A stretch of DNA of 59,966 bases, the filler included, from Dimargaris cristalligena (lineage: Eukaryota), in the NCBI GenBank assembly GCA_003614675.1. It is 4 parts of 4 records of this genome, joined end to end, with 100 filler letters (N's around TTAATTAATTAA, not from the genome) between each part and the next. Parts side by side here need not be neighbours in the genome. Positions count along the whole stretch, not along the records: positions 1 to 14,972 come from ML002922.1; 3 more parts are not named here. One strand, written 5' to 3'. Shown in pieces: positions 1-11,586 of this stretch. A program made the position numbers and the translations under genes. Positions within the stretch are counted from its first letter, which is position 1; every line of letters starts with the position of its first letter. The notes under the pieces were generated by a model. It was given only the letters and a program-made list of their open reading frames with translations. It had not been told where the DNA came from and did no database searches.

Positions 1-302
1 CGGCTTTACTTAGCTTTCCCATCTCGATCCCGCTAGACTCTTTCGGTACCTGAGTTCCTCTCTCTCCTGCTAACTAAGCTTTCCCCTCCGTCGGCTTGTT
101 ATTGTTTTTTGGTTGTATTTCCGCTCGACTGGAGCTTGCTACTAACAACTCCTTTCCCGTTTATATTATCTCCGTCGAGGTCTTCGCAACCCTTTCTTCC
201 GTGACTTGACGACTATCCCCCGTTTTCTTTACCACCAACAGTTATATTTCAGCACACCTTACCCTTCTTCTTCCCCCTGCCCTCTTTGCCTTGCTTATAG
301 TC

Positions 303-1364
303 ATGGGTCAGTTCGGCAGTTTCGACGAAGTCTGCTCGCGGGTTACGCTGGCCCTGTGCCCTATGGTGGGGGATACCTCCCTCGGGTCCGAAGCCACCTG
401 CTACTCTCGTAACATTGAGATCGGCAGTGCCCTGGTTTTCCAGGCTTCCACCCTCATCATCGATATTGTCGCCGTCTGTATGACAATCATCATGATTTAC
501 CATATCAAGACCAAGTACACCGCCGTTGGCCGTAAAGAGATGGTTATGTTCTTCTACCTCTACCTCCTCACCGTTATCCTGGACTTTGTGCTCATCTCCG
601 GCATTATCCCAACGTCGTCCGTGGTCTACCCGTACTTCACCGCCGCCTATCTCGGTGTAACCAGCGCCCTGGTTTGGTGCTTGCTCCTGAACGGTTTTGT
701 CGGTTTCCAGTTCTACGAGGATGGCACGGCCCTCTCCCTCTGGTCTATGCGCCTGTCGTCTCTGGTCATTTTCGGTATCACCTTCTTCATCGCCGTCGGT
801 ACTTTCCTCAACGTGGCTGGACTCAAGAGCACCGAGCCCATGGGTGTCTTCATTATCTGGTTCATCTTCAACAGCGTCTGCCTGGGTATCTACCTACTCT
901 CCCAGATTGTGCTCGTGGTGAATACGCTTGACGAATACTGGCCCCTGGGTAACATTCTGTTCGCTGCCATCTTCTTCATCATTGGTCAGGTTATCACCAA
1001 CATCTTCAGCGCCCAGATTTGCGAGGCTATCAAGCACTACCTGGACGGCATGTTCTTTGGCACCATGTGTACTCTTCTGTCCGTCATGATGGTGTACAAG
1101 TACTGGGACTCCATCACCAAGGAGGACCTCGAGTTCAGCGTCGGCGGCAAGGCCAACGTCTGGGAAGTCAAGGAGGCCATGGCCGACGAGGACTTTGCCC
1201 CTTATGCCCAAAGCACCATGGGTTCCTACCCCTACCATAACCAGCCCTACAACTCCAACAACCCTTACGGCCCCCCTGCCCCGATCAATGCCTCGCAGCA
1301 GCCCCCCTACCCTATGCAGCAGCAGCAGGGTTTCCCTCCCACCGGTGGCTACGCTAACTACTAA
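303..1364 (+). CDS. CHS7: Chitin synthase export chaperone (Chs7/Chs3 chaperone), multi-TM ER protein
   Basis: Single-exon ORF from ATG 303 (MGQFGSFDEVC...). Family motifs YTAVGRKEM, LLNGFVGFQFYEDGT, HYLDGMFFGT and VMMVYKYWDSITKEDLEFSVG, about 7 hydrophobic segments, and a Pro/Gln/Tyr-rich tail. Confidence 0.95.
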   Translation: MGQFGSFDEVCSRVTLALCPMVGDTSLGSEATCYSRNIEIGSALVFQASTLIIDIVAVCMTIIMIYHIKTKYTAVGRKEMVMFFYLYLLTVILDFVLISGIIPTSSVVYPYFTAAYLGVTSALVWCLLLNGFVGFQFYEDGTALSLWSMRLSSLVIFGITFFIAVGTFLNVAGLKSTEPMGVFIIWFIFNSVCLGIYLLSQIVLVVNTLDEYWPLGNILFAAIFFIIGQVITNIFSAQICEAIKHYLDGMFFGTMCTLLSVMMVYKYWDSITKEDLEFSVGGKANVWEVKEAMADEDFAPYAQSTMGSYPYHNQPYNSNNPYGPPAPINASQQPPYPMQQQQGFPPTGGYANY

Positions 1365-2659
1365 ACTACATCCTGTTTCCTCCATTGTTTTCCTTTTTCC
1401 ATCATATTGTCCCCGGCGCTGTTTGGCTTGGGGCATTTGTATACAGTACTCTTTCGTCGCATTTCGGTTTTATATTTCCATGTTTTTGAGTTCGAAGGTC
1501 TAGAGCCCCGGTGGGGATTCATTTCATTGGACTCGTTTACCAACCCTTTCCCCACTCCCCCGCTCGGGGTTGAGAGGGGCTGGTCAGTTGGCCGATGGAC
1601 CGTGCGATGAGACATCCCCCCCTCCTCTCCACCGAATACTTGGGGAACAACCCCTCTCCTACTCATGCGATAGGTGTTTCTACACTTTTATTACTAGTTT
1701 CTTCCAGCGAACCTCTTATCTGTTTCTTTTCTTTTTTATTTTCCTACTGAGATCTTAATCTACCCCTAATTATATTTATATCCCCCCGTCTTTTCCGTCA
1801 TGGGCCCGACTTGAATCATTTCGAAGTGTATGTTTTAATCGAAATTCGGTCTGCCGCTTGCATCTCTCTTTGCCTCTCCCCACCGGTGAGGTCTATTACT
1901 CTCCTTTTCACTTTTATGGCCATCACTTAGACTACCTTTCTGAATCACTGGTGCCTGTCTATCTGTATGACATCTAATAAAAATCGCGGTCTGACTTTTA
2001 TATTAATACTGATACAGTATTAGTCGTTGCCTGGACAATGCCGTATGGACCACTGAGTACAGTCCTACCGGCGAAGCGTTGATGGGGGATATAGCCAGGA
2101 GAGACCTATTGGCATTCAAAAGGCCGTGCATTAGTGGGCCTTCTTCGGTATTTTAGAACATATTTCTTTTAATAGCCTATAGGCTTTTCGGCCTCCATCC
2201 AAATAGCCGGGGGCCAACCTATCTATTCAGCGACTATATTATGCTCGCCCCGAGGAACTTCGCAACCCATATATTTTCTGTTTCCCTTAGCTAGCTCTTA
2301 CGGTCTCGCTTGTTCATCTTTATTTCCCGTTGTTCTTTTTTCCCAACGCCTCAAGACTGTGTAACTTCCAAGCTACCCAACTCTAGCGCCCACGGTTGTT
2401 CGGTTGGGCATACTACTCTTGGCGCTCGCCCCCATTTATTTCCATCGAAGGCCCTTTAGCGGAAGTTTACGCGTCCGTTACCATTCGTGAATTCCAAGAG
2501 TCTCGATCATGAACGTTCGTTGAACTTCATTGTTGTATTCGATTTACATAAGTTTCTGCGCCAGCCCATTTTCATATTAGTGGACTTTGCCTCTGTCTCG
2601 CCCTTCATTGAGTCTACCTCGTGAATTCAAAATTCGACTCCCCTCCTAGCGCGCCCACA

Positions 2660-4936
2660 ATGACGTTCCGGATAGCCGAATTTTATAGTGGTATTGGTAA
2701 GCATAAAAAAAAGTACCACACGTGCCTAATTATTTAGGCGGCGTCGTGTATCATCCCGTGGCTTGAATTTTGAAATGTCCGTTTCTAAATATAGTTTTTT
2801 TTAATAGAAAAATAAAAGCAAAACAAACCTGCTACATTTAGCCGTTCCAAGTGGTTGACTGATCAACTAATTGAATTTTGAGCATTGGATCTCCCTTTTG
2901 ATGTATACATATCTATATATATTACCCAACTATTCTTAATGCCATTTATCTAGGCGGCATGGTAAGAGCTAGACGGACGTTTCTGTAACTGTTATATTTT
3001 CAAAGTATTCGTACGAATAGGTTTAGACTTGTTACAGAGTAGTCGGTTTTTAGGCTAAATTACAGATGCTTGATATATCATATAGCCTGGTACACCTTAT
3101 TCACGCAAACTAAGCCATTTTTCCTTTAACGCCCTAATTGCCCAATCTATTTATGTTTTGCCTCTATTAGCACTATGCCTGGCTGGAGACGGGTCTCCCA
3201 GGCGAAGTGGTCAAGTCATTCGAAATCAACACCTTCGCGAATAGTGTCAATCAACATAATTTCCCCCAGGCGAATATCTGTCAGGTAGGATTGTACCATT
3301 ACTCATCTTGGCCATCGTAGACTCATCCCTGTTGCTCCCATTCGCTTATCATCCCAGCAAACTGTACAGTCTATTATTATTTTAAACCACCGCCGCCTTT
3401 CTAACCCGGGCTTTATTGTCATCTATTGACCCTATCATTTCATTTCATTTTTTTTGGGGGGGGGGGGTTTCCCGGGCCACGTAATCTCTCATCTATGCCG
3501 CGCAGCGTTTAATTGAGTCCAATCCTATCGAGCTCTACCAGAAAATGGCCGCCGACGTTTTTCTCATGTCCCCTCCTTGTCAGCCGGTATGTTTTTGACA
3601 GCGGCCTATTGATTTATTCACGCGACTCGCTCACATTGTTTATCCGGAATGGATCATTTATGTGGGCTGCTCCAATTATGACCAGTCCCATCTGGTTTTT
3701 TATTTTGCCCACCCTAACCACCACGTGCGCATGAATGTACTTAAATATGAACCATTATTTCATGACCACGCTTTTAATTTTATTAGTACACACGCACAGG
3801 TAACCAAAAGGGATCCGAGGACCCGCGAACCCGCAGCTTCCTGTTTCTGTTGGATATGGTGGGGCCCACAACCGGAATCCTCCCCAAATATATCTTGATT
3901 GAAAATGTCGTGGGGTTTGAGGTAAATTATCTTCGCCATATATATACTATTGGTGGTCTCTTAATGTAATGGACTTGTGTTCTTGGTTGGGTTATCTTGG
4001 CTTTATTATATATCCTGAGTGACGCCCCATTTAGCATATTTCTAACCGGGCCTTTATTGTATTTTTTTAAAAAAATTGTTGTTATTATCTTCATGATGGG
4101 GTGTGCCAGGTTTCGGATACCCATGACATGACTCTGGCTAGGCTAAATGAGCTCAACTACACTGTCGAAGAGTTCATTATCAATCCTTTAGAGCTAGGCA
4201 TTCCCAACTCCCGGTCGCGGTACTATTTATTGGTAGGTGCTCAGTCATTTTTTATTATTTATTTGCAACCTCGACTAAGTATTGGATCAGGGACCCGTCC
4301 TCCGACTCTTTATGACTATGGGGTATATAATTTCAGTGTGGTTACCTATTGCTTTGCCGACTATTCGTATTATTCCTATACTTAATGTAGGCTAAACTCG
4401 CCCCATTGACGTTCAGCGGCGAGTTACCCCCTTACATCCGCCGGCTGAATGAGGATTCCCGTCAGGTACCAACGGCCTCATGCCCGCCTCCGCAAAGTCT
4501 TGGTGATTTTTTGGGTCGATCCCGTATGGCCGATCCCAAAATTTGGGCCCAGTACCGGTTGTCTGACACGACACGTCAGAAGCGATTGCAGGTCATGGAT
4601 GTGGTCACGGCGGACAGCCGGGGGTCCTGCTGTTTCACCAAAGGCTACGCGCATTTTGCGGAGGGTACCGGGTCTGTTTTACAGTGCGCGAACCCCGAGG
4701 GGAAGAATGAAGCCGGCCGGGACGACCCCAGTACCACCAGTGCCACTGCTGACACCGCTGCCGCCACCTACCGCTATTTTACGGAATACGAAATCGCCCG
4801 ACTCATGGGGTTCCCCCTCGATCGCTTTGCGTTTCCCGATCCGATCACCCGAAAACAGCGCTACCGGCTATTGGGAAATAGCCTGAATGTCACTGTTGTG
4901 GCGATGCTCTTGCGCTATTTGATGAAGGACGATTAA
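2660..4936 (+). CDS. DNMT2: DNMT2-family tRNA (cytosine-38-C5) methyltransferase (TRDMT1/Pmt1 homolog), 7 exons
   Basis: Exons joined by hand at GT-AG introns: 2660-2696, 2954-2961, 3171-3284, 3506-3586, 3787-3921, 4110-4232, 4391-4936. The spliced frame is continuous. It has motif I (EFYSGIGGM), IV (MSPPCQPYTR), VI (LIENVVGFE), VIII (GIPNSRSRYY), the DNMT2-specific CFTKGY and motif X (LLGNSLNV). Confidence 0.93.
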
Positions 4937-6170
4937 TGGTGGCTTTTTTTTTCGCAGTCGACCCCAGAGTAACTACCTCCAGTCAGTTATTATCTATATA
5001 TATATATATAATGGACGCTATAATTCTTTTTCACGGGCGTTACAATGTATGTTGGACGTATGGATCACAAAGTTACTTTTGGATGACTGGAGGCTGTACG
5101 GGGTTCCGGGTTAATTGCATCCCGAAAGTTGGCTGAATAGTTGCTAATGAGGCTGTATTCGGCTAATAATTATTATGCCAAATACATGCTTCCTTCCAGG
5201 TTTTTTTTAAATGGTAGACCATTACTTATATATATATATATATATACTTGCGAGGTAGTTAGTTATTTAACCTAGTAAATATAAATATAGTCACTTTCAT
5301 ATTCAGTATGTACTTATTTGGAATGATCCATGGTATTGAAATTATTTTGAGGGGGGGTTCCTACTTTCCTAGGCAATGAAAGCTATTCGACCAAAATAAT
5401 CAGATGAATTGTCATTTGGGGGAATATTGGAGTATTTTCCTAGTGTGCCAATATTGAGCCGTCAGTGTGTAATATTCTATTATTGGGGGTGGGTAGAGGA
5501 GTGTAGGGAAAAGAGCTCGAAACCCATTAGCCACATTTCCCTTTCTCCATCCTGACAGCACCTTTATGTACTCTTTAATCTTCACGGGCACATTCCAACT
5601 TCTATCTGAACCGAACCATCGCTTCACTATTCTGGTCCTTGTTACATGCTTCCATTTAGCCACTCCTCACACCTTCGTACATTTTAATAAGGATACTCTA
5701 GTCTATAGTCAGTTTTTAACCTACACGTACGTTATACACGAAACACCTGCGCTATACCACTTCAGTCCCACACAACCGCATTATTCTCATTAACCGCCTG
5801 TTTTCCGCTCATTAATCTCCCCGAATACTTCATTATACTCACTCTATTGTGTCTTTCACTATTTACCGCGTTTGTGTACTTCAAAGTAGTCATTATTGAA
5901 ACATCAGCTGTTACTTCTCTACGAGGCCCCAGACCTCTCCGAAATACACCCCCCCTCCCCACACACACAGCTGACCACTACCACCACTCTTATTACTTCG
6001 GATTTGGGCTTTTAATTTGCCCCTCACCGTCAACTTTTGGGGGAGTTCTTGGTTTTGGATATCTCCCCCTTTAACGTAAAAATACCCTCCGCCACCCATT
6101 CCCGTTCTATTGCCACCCGCCTACTTACCAAACGTTACTCTCCATTAACCCGCGGGCTTCGTTCAATCGG

Positions 6171-8180
6171 ATGGCCGAATCTCGCAGTGACCGCGATTGG
6201 CGCTACACGTGCGACTATTGCCAATCGAATTTGAGCGGCACGGTGCGTATACGCTGCGCGGAGTGCCCAGACTTTGATACGTGCGTGACCTGTTTCAGCC
6301 AAGGTATCGAGCTGGGTCCACACAAGAATAACCACAAGTACCAAGTAGTGGTAAGTTAGTCAGCAGCGGTGTACTGCCAAACGTTTTTTATGTGGTATCG
6401 ACCGGCTTAACAGAACCAGGCGGGTAGTAATGTTGTAGCGTATGTGTCAATCGAAAGTTTATTCGGTGGTTTTAAATGTTATTTAATATTACGGAGATAG
6501 CCGCGTGTTATACCACGTTTGGGGCTTCACCCCCGGATCCAGGCTCGTCTAATTAAATCACGTATAACCCCCCCTACTTCTTTCACCTGCGTACCTTCTT
6601 CACATTTCCTCCCCCGTGATTGTATGACTGCTTATCCTATCAAGACCCCCAACTTCTTCCCCATTTTCACCGAAGACTGGAGTGCCGATGAGGAACTCTT
6701 ACTGATCGAGGGTATCCAGCAATTCGGTATGGGAAACTGGATGGACATTGCGGAGCACGTGCGGACCAAGAACAAGGACGAGTGCGAAAAGCACTACCAG
6801 ATCGTCTACTTGGAGTCCCCGCAGTGGCCGCTCCCCCGCTTTATCGATAAGAAGTTCGACGCGAGTAAACCGGCGACCCGACCCCCGGCCCTTAAGAAAC
6901 CCCGGCCGACACCGTCCAACCCCCGTCTAAGCAAGCCCCTCTCCAGTCAGCCGACCAACCACGAAATCCAGGGGTACATGCCGGCGCGCCTCGAGTTTGA
7001 ATTAGAATACGAGAATGACGCGGAGAATTCGGTCAAGGACCTGGTCTTCAACCCTGACGACCTCCCCGAAGACACGGAACTCAAACTGGTCATGATGGAC
7101 ATTTACAACGGTCGACTGGACAAGCGAATCGAGCGTAAGCGGTTCCTAAGCGACCGGGGGCTGCTGGAGTACAAGAAAATGCAGACCCTTGAGAAGAAAC
7201 GCAGCAAGGAGGAACGGGACCTGTGGAATAAGGGCAAGGTATTCGCGCGACTCCAAACGCACGAGGATTACCTATCGTTTATGCAAGGGCTGCAACGGGA
7301 AGCCCAGCTCCGACAACAGATTGCGATGCTGCAGGATTACCGGCAGAACGGGATTACGACGCTGAAGGAGGGGGAGCAGTTCGAGCAGGCCCGACACCAA
7401 CGGTGGCAGACGCTACGGGCCCACGGGATTAAAGAGGGGGCCTTGGCGGCCAAACGGGTTAGTGGCAGTAGTAATAATATTAATGGCGGTGGTGGGGATG
7501 GTGCTGTGGTGACCTCGACGGCCAGGGGTCGGCATGCGCCCCATCCCTGGCATTTCGATACCGACATCACCTCGAGTATTCCCACCGACCCGACGTACCA
7601 TCATTACCAGCCGTTTCATCCCCCCCAGCTGGGCGGAAACCACGACTCCTTTTCGTTTAAACCCCCGCATGGACTATCAGCCACCACGCCTTCGACACCG
7701 AGTCGGTCCATGTCGTCGGTACCGTCTACACCCCGGGCTGGTCCCCTGCGGATAGGAGGAGGAGGAAATGCGACCAATGGGGGTGGTAATGGTTCAGGCG
7801 TATCCACCCCCACCGGCGGATCTATGGGAGTCGGAGCTAGTGGGGGTGCCCGGCGACCGGCCAACCCACTTAACCTGGATAACGCCGAGGGGGTCCATCT
7901 GCTCAGCCCCGAAGAACAACAGCTGTGTTCAGTACTCCGTATTTTACCCCGGCCGTATATTGTCATCAAGGAAACGATTCTCAAGGAATACGCCAGTCGG
8001 GGCTCGTTGCGGCGACGGGAGGCGCGGGAACTCATCAAGATTGACGTTAACAAAACGAGCCGGCTCTACGATTTTTTCCTATCCATGGGCTGGATTACGG
8101 CGCCTGGCCGGACGGCGCTTCACTGGCAGGCCAAAAATGCGGGAGGAGGTGGAGGAGCGGCTACTGCTACGACCAATTGA
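6171..8180 (+). CDS. ADA2: Transcriptional adapter Ada2 (SAGA subunit; ZZ zinc finger, SANT, SWIRM), 2 exons
   Basis: Exon 1 (6171-6350) encodes the ZZ finger CDYC..RIRCAEC..CVTCFSQG..H..H, with donor GTAAGT at 6351. Exon 2 (6645-8180) encodes SANT (DWSADEELLLIEG..GNWMDIAEHV), GYMPARLEFELEYENDAE and SWIRM (HLLSPEEQQLC..KIDVNKTSRLYDFF). Confidence 0.95.
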
Positions 8181-10713
8181 TTGTAGATTTGGATGGGTGT
8201 GTGGATGTTACTACCACAGTTATTGTTGATTTATTTTTGGATGAAGATGTGGAGGAGGGAGGGAGCTGTCGCTCCTGGGAGGGGAGGGGGGAAGTATTTT
8301 CAACTGGTCTAGATTAATGTACCCGTGCTCTTTTTATTCAATACTCTGCACGACCCTTCTTTGGCAACAATATTTATATCTAACGTGTGTGTTGTCTTCC
8401 CCCCAACTTGCTCCCCCTTTCTGCAAATCTAAAGATAGTATAGGAGTACCTACTCCCCACTGCAGCACCTTCTCTCCCCGTTTTCCCCCTACTTACTTAC
8501 GTCATCTATAGTACCTTTTAACTGTCCGTGAGCAACTAATTGCCTAGCTATAAATAGTTATGTATGTGTACGCGTGTGTTTTATTTGAAATATAAATATA
8601 TTATTATAATACCGATCCCTCGGCTAATGTGACGGGGGAGGTTTTAAAATGCTATCTACGTTCAGGGCACGAGCCTGGGGAATGAGGCTGGTCAGGTTGA
8701 ATAATACACTATTGATAGGAGGGGTGCTAGTTTCTGTGTCGCATCGTACGGTCGTAGCAGTTCTACGGAAGTTGACTGGGAGCGGGGGGGGGTAACGATG
8801 GTATTAGAGTGGAAAAGTACAGCACCCCCTCCCCCCCACTTCGCGCGGTCCGGTCAATTTCTTTGGTGCTTGTTACCCTTATTTTGCCAGGCCATTCGCC
8901 TATTGTTAGCACAGCCCTATATTGTGTACCTCCATTGTAAGTTATTTATAGAATCAATACTAATATCTCCCTTCTATAAGTTCCTCAGAGAGGGGAGGGA
9001 GGTGTGACATCTACCCTTTAGGCATTCATTATGGACTTCCCCCCCCTGTTATCCCTTCCCTTCCCTTCCCAAACCATGAATCGCCGAATAACTTTGATCC
9101 GGGCCTAAGTGATACAATTAGACGGTCGCTACTAATGCAGATGGGGGTGTAGAAAAAGACACCCCGCCGTGTGGTATAGCTGTGTTAGTGAGTGGTAAAC
9201 AGGTTTGGAGAATACCCCGTAAGGACGCTTTCCCGCCCCTTACCTTGTCCTGTCCTGGTTTGGCACCCGTCCCAGCTAACTCGCCGTATTCTCCAATACG
9301 GGTGATACAGTAGTGTGTCGGTGGTTGCTTCCCCTCATAATATAGAGCAGTTACACCGCCAAGAAGAGATTGCAGATGCGGGGGAGACGGAAGAAGGCTC
9401 TTCCAACACTCTCCTTCTCTTTGAAATCCGGTGAACAAAGTGGCCCCAGGGACTCGGGCTGTTCGGTTGGTTTACGATTTTCGCCCTTTCGTCGAGGGTC
9501 CGAATTAACGAGGGGGTAGCAGTCCAGTTAAACGAGCGCATGGGGAGATATAATGGGTTTTCTAGCCCCATGTATATCCCTCCTCCCCTCGTTAATATGG
9601 CAATGGCGTCCTAAGCTCTGCCATATCTATACTAAGGTATAAAAACACGGGCGGATCCTTCTATTCTCGACTGCACTGCTGTTTTTTCCGCTTTACTATT
9701 ATTACGAACCATCTCTTCCTCCCAGTTCACTCTTCCCTTCTACATTCCTGTCTGTCCGTCCGTCTCCTTCCGTTTGGCCGCCACAGTGCCATTCTAACTA
9801 GCAATCAAGCATTGTATATTAAACGCACTTTCCGTTGAGCAATCGAATTTATATACTCTCGTTGGGCAATCCCTCGCCATATCCAACCCCTCCTCCCACT
9901 ACGTTGGGGAAGAGACCAACCCACTCGTCCTTTTCCGCCCTCTAGCCTTGGCGGTGTCGCCCAGTGAAAACTACGACGCAAGTGTTTACGTGTACACCAC
10001 AGCTACTATCAATATTAAATAGTTAGTTAGTTAGCTGTGTTGGACCATACGTCGTACATTAAGTGCTTTATAAAATATGGCTGCGCGCTTTGGCCTGCCC
10101 GACTAATAGTTGTCCACTTGATTGGTTGGAACCTCTCCTCTCTCCTTTGCTTTGTTCGCTATTGTGCCTATATATTATTTGCCGTCCCGGTCTTTGCACT
10201 GCGCTGCGTAACGCTTTCTTCTGTCCGTTTCCCCCTCCTCCTCTTTCACTATTCCCCCCCGTTTTTCCCTTACTCTCGGCCCTCCGGTTAACACCCAAGA
10301 GCCTCAAATACAACGTCCCTTGTTAAAAAGTCCCTTATCTCTTCTCCACTGCCTTACAAACGACACTCCCCCATTACTGTTACCGCTTCGTGCTTTACAA
10401 GCTGTTCAAGTCCCGTTTCCCAATTTGCTCTCTACATTGAGCGCCGTTTCTCCCCATTAGTCTCGCCCATTTGCCCAAGTATTTGTCGGCTATTCCTGCC
10501 TACGTCACCGCACGGTCTTTTATTTCCGGCTCCACTCCCCCCATACTCCAAAGCTTCTGACTGGTCTTCCTGTCACCCCCATTACCTACTATATATATAT
10601 TTATATTCATAGCTCTTCTCAGCCAACCTCGGCCAATGCACATGCAGCGTCTCGGCGTATCCTCCGCCCTTGCTGCTTTCCAACCGTCCAACGCCGACAG
10701 CGCCTACGACGCC

Positions 10714-11586
10714 ATGTATCTGCTGTTTTACCTGGTTCCCCTCGCCCTCATTAGTAAGTATCCGCGGTTTCTTTTTTATATAGCTAACGTCTCTTCCCTT
10801 CTAGTCGTTTTCCACAACCCCCCTTTCAACGTAGTGTATTTGGGGACTCAAGCATCCATCCGGCGACGAGGATTTCCCTTTTAATTTATTTGCAATTCAA
10901 TGGCAGGCGATTCTTGCTTTTGATTCCGGGATGGTTCTCCTCCTAGGACCAACAATACTCGCCATTCTGTCTAATTATACATATGTAATTGTCCGTAGGA
11001 GGAAGAGGAGGGAGTAGAACCCATTCTAATCGAGGGTTCGTGTCCAGCTCTTGGCGACTATCACGCCCATGATGCGTCTTCTCATTAAAATTACACAGGC
11101 CCTCTAACCCATTAATACCCCCCCCCCCTTCATTATCATCACCTGCGACCTCCATCCCCATATCTGCCGACTCCAGCTATCTGGTATTTTACCCGCACCT
11201 GGCTAAATTACCGCCGTTACCACCAAGTTGAAACCTCCGACGACGAGAGTTTTTCCTTCCGCGACTTTATTCACAGCATGCCACTTATTCCTGAACACTG
11301 GGGTAGTCGGACGGGCGCTAATACCCGCACCGGCAGCTTCCAGGCCGATTTGGAAGCCGGCCTCACCAGCGACAATTTCGATATCTCTTCCAACGTACGC
11401 AATGGCGATCCCCGCACCGGTCTGGACCGTGGCGACGAAATCAAAACTATCATGACTACCGAAAAGTGCGGGTTCGACGAAGCCCGCAAGATCTACCACG
11501 AGCGGGCGCTCAAGTCTCATAACATCGACCCCTTGACTGGCATTCCGCTAGATCCCAAGGCCGTCTTTTTCCTGCCCCGCACTTGA
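10714..11586 (+). CDS. Small fungal membrane protein of the DUF2015/UPF0357 (YCL012C-like) family, 2 exons
   Basis: Exon 1 (10714-10753, MYLLFYLVPLALI, donor GTAAGT at 10754) splices in frame to exon 2 (11177-11586, acceptor CTCCAG). The C-terminus SFQADLEAGLTSDNFDIS..GDPRTGLD..FDEARKIY..DPKAVFF matches my recollection of DUF2015. In-frame upstream ATGs at 10636 and 10642 are alternative starts. Confidence 0.8.

Noticed and set aside
1-302. Possible 5' UTR intron of CHS7 (polypyrimidine tract and TTATAG two bases before the ATG)
   Set aside because: The acceptor is plausible, but no unambiguous donor lies within the contig; cannot be supported without cDNA.
894-1436. Long antisense ORFs over CHS7 (and similarly over CAT2, IF3-like, VPS8, LTE1)
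   Set aside because: Shadow frames caused by GC-rich codon bias of the real genes.
9205-9296. 11-bp perfect inverted repeat TTGGAGAATAC...GTATTCTCCAA
   Set aside because: About one such pair is expected by chance in 60 kb; no TSD or further pairing.
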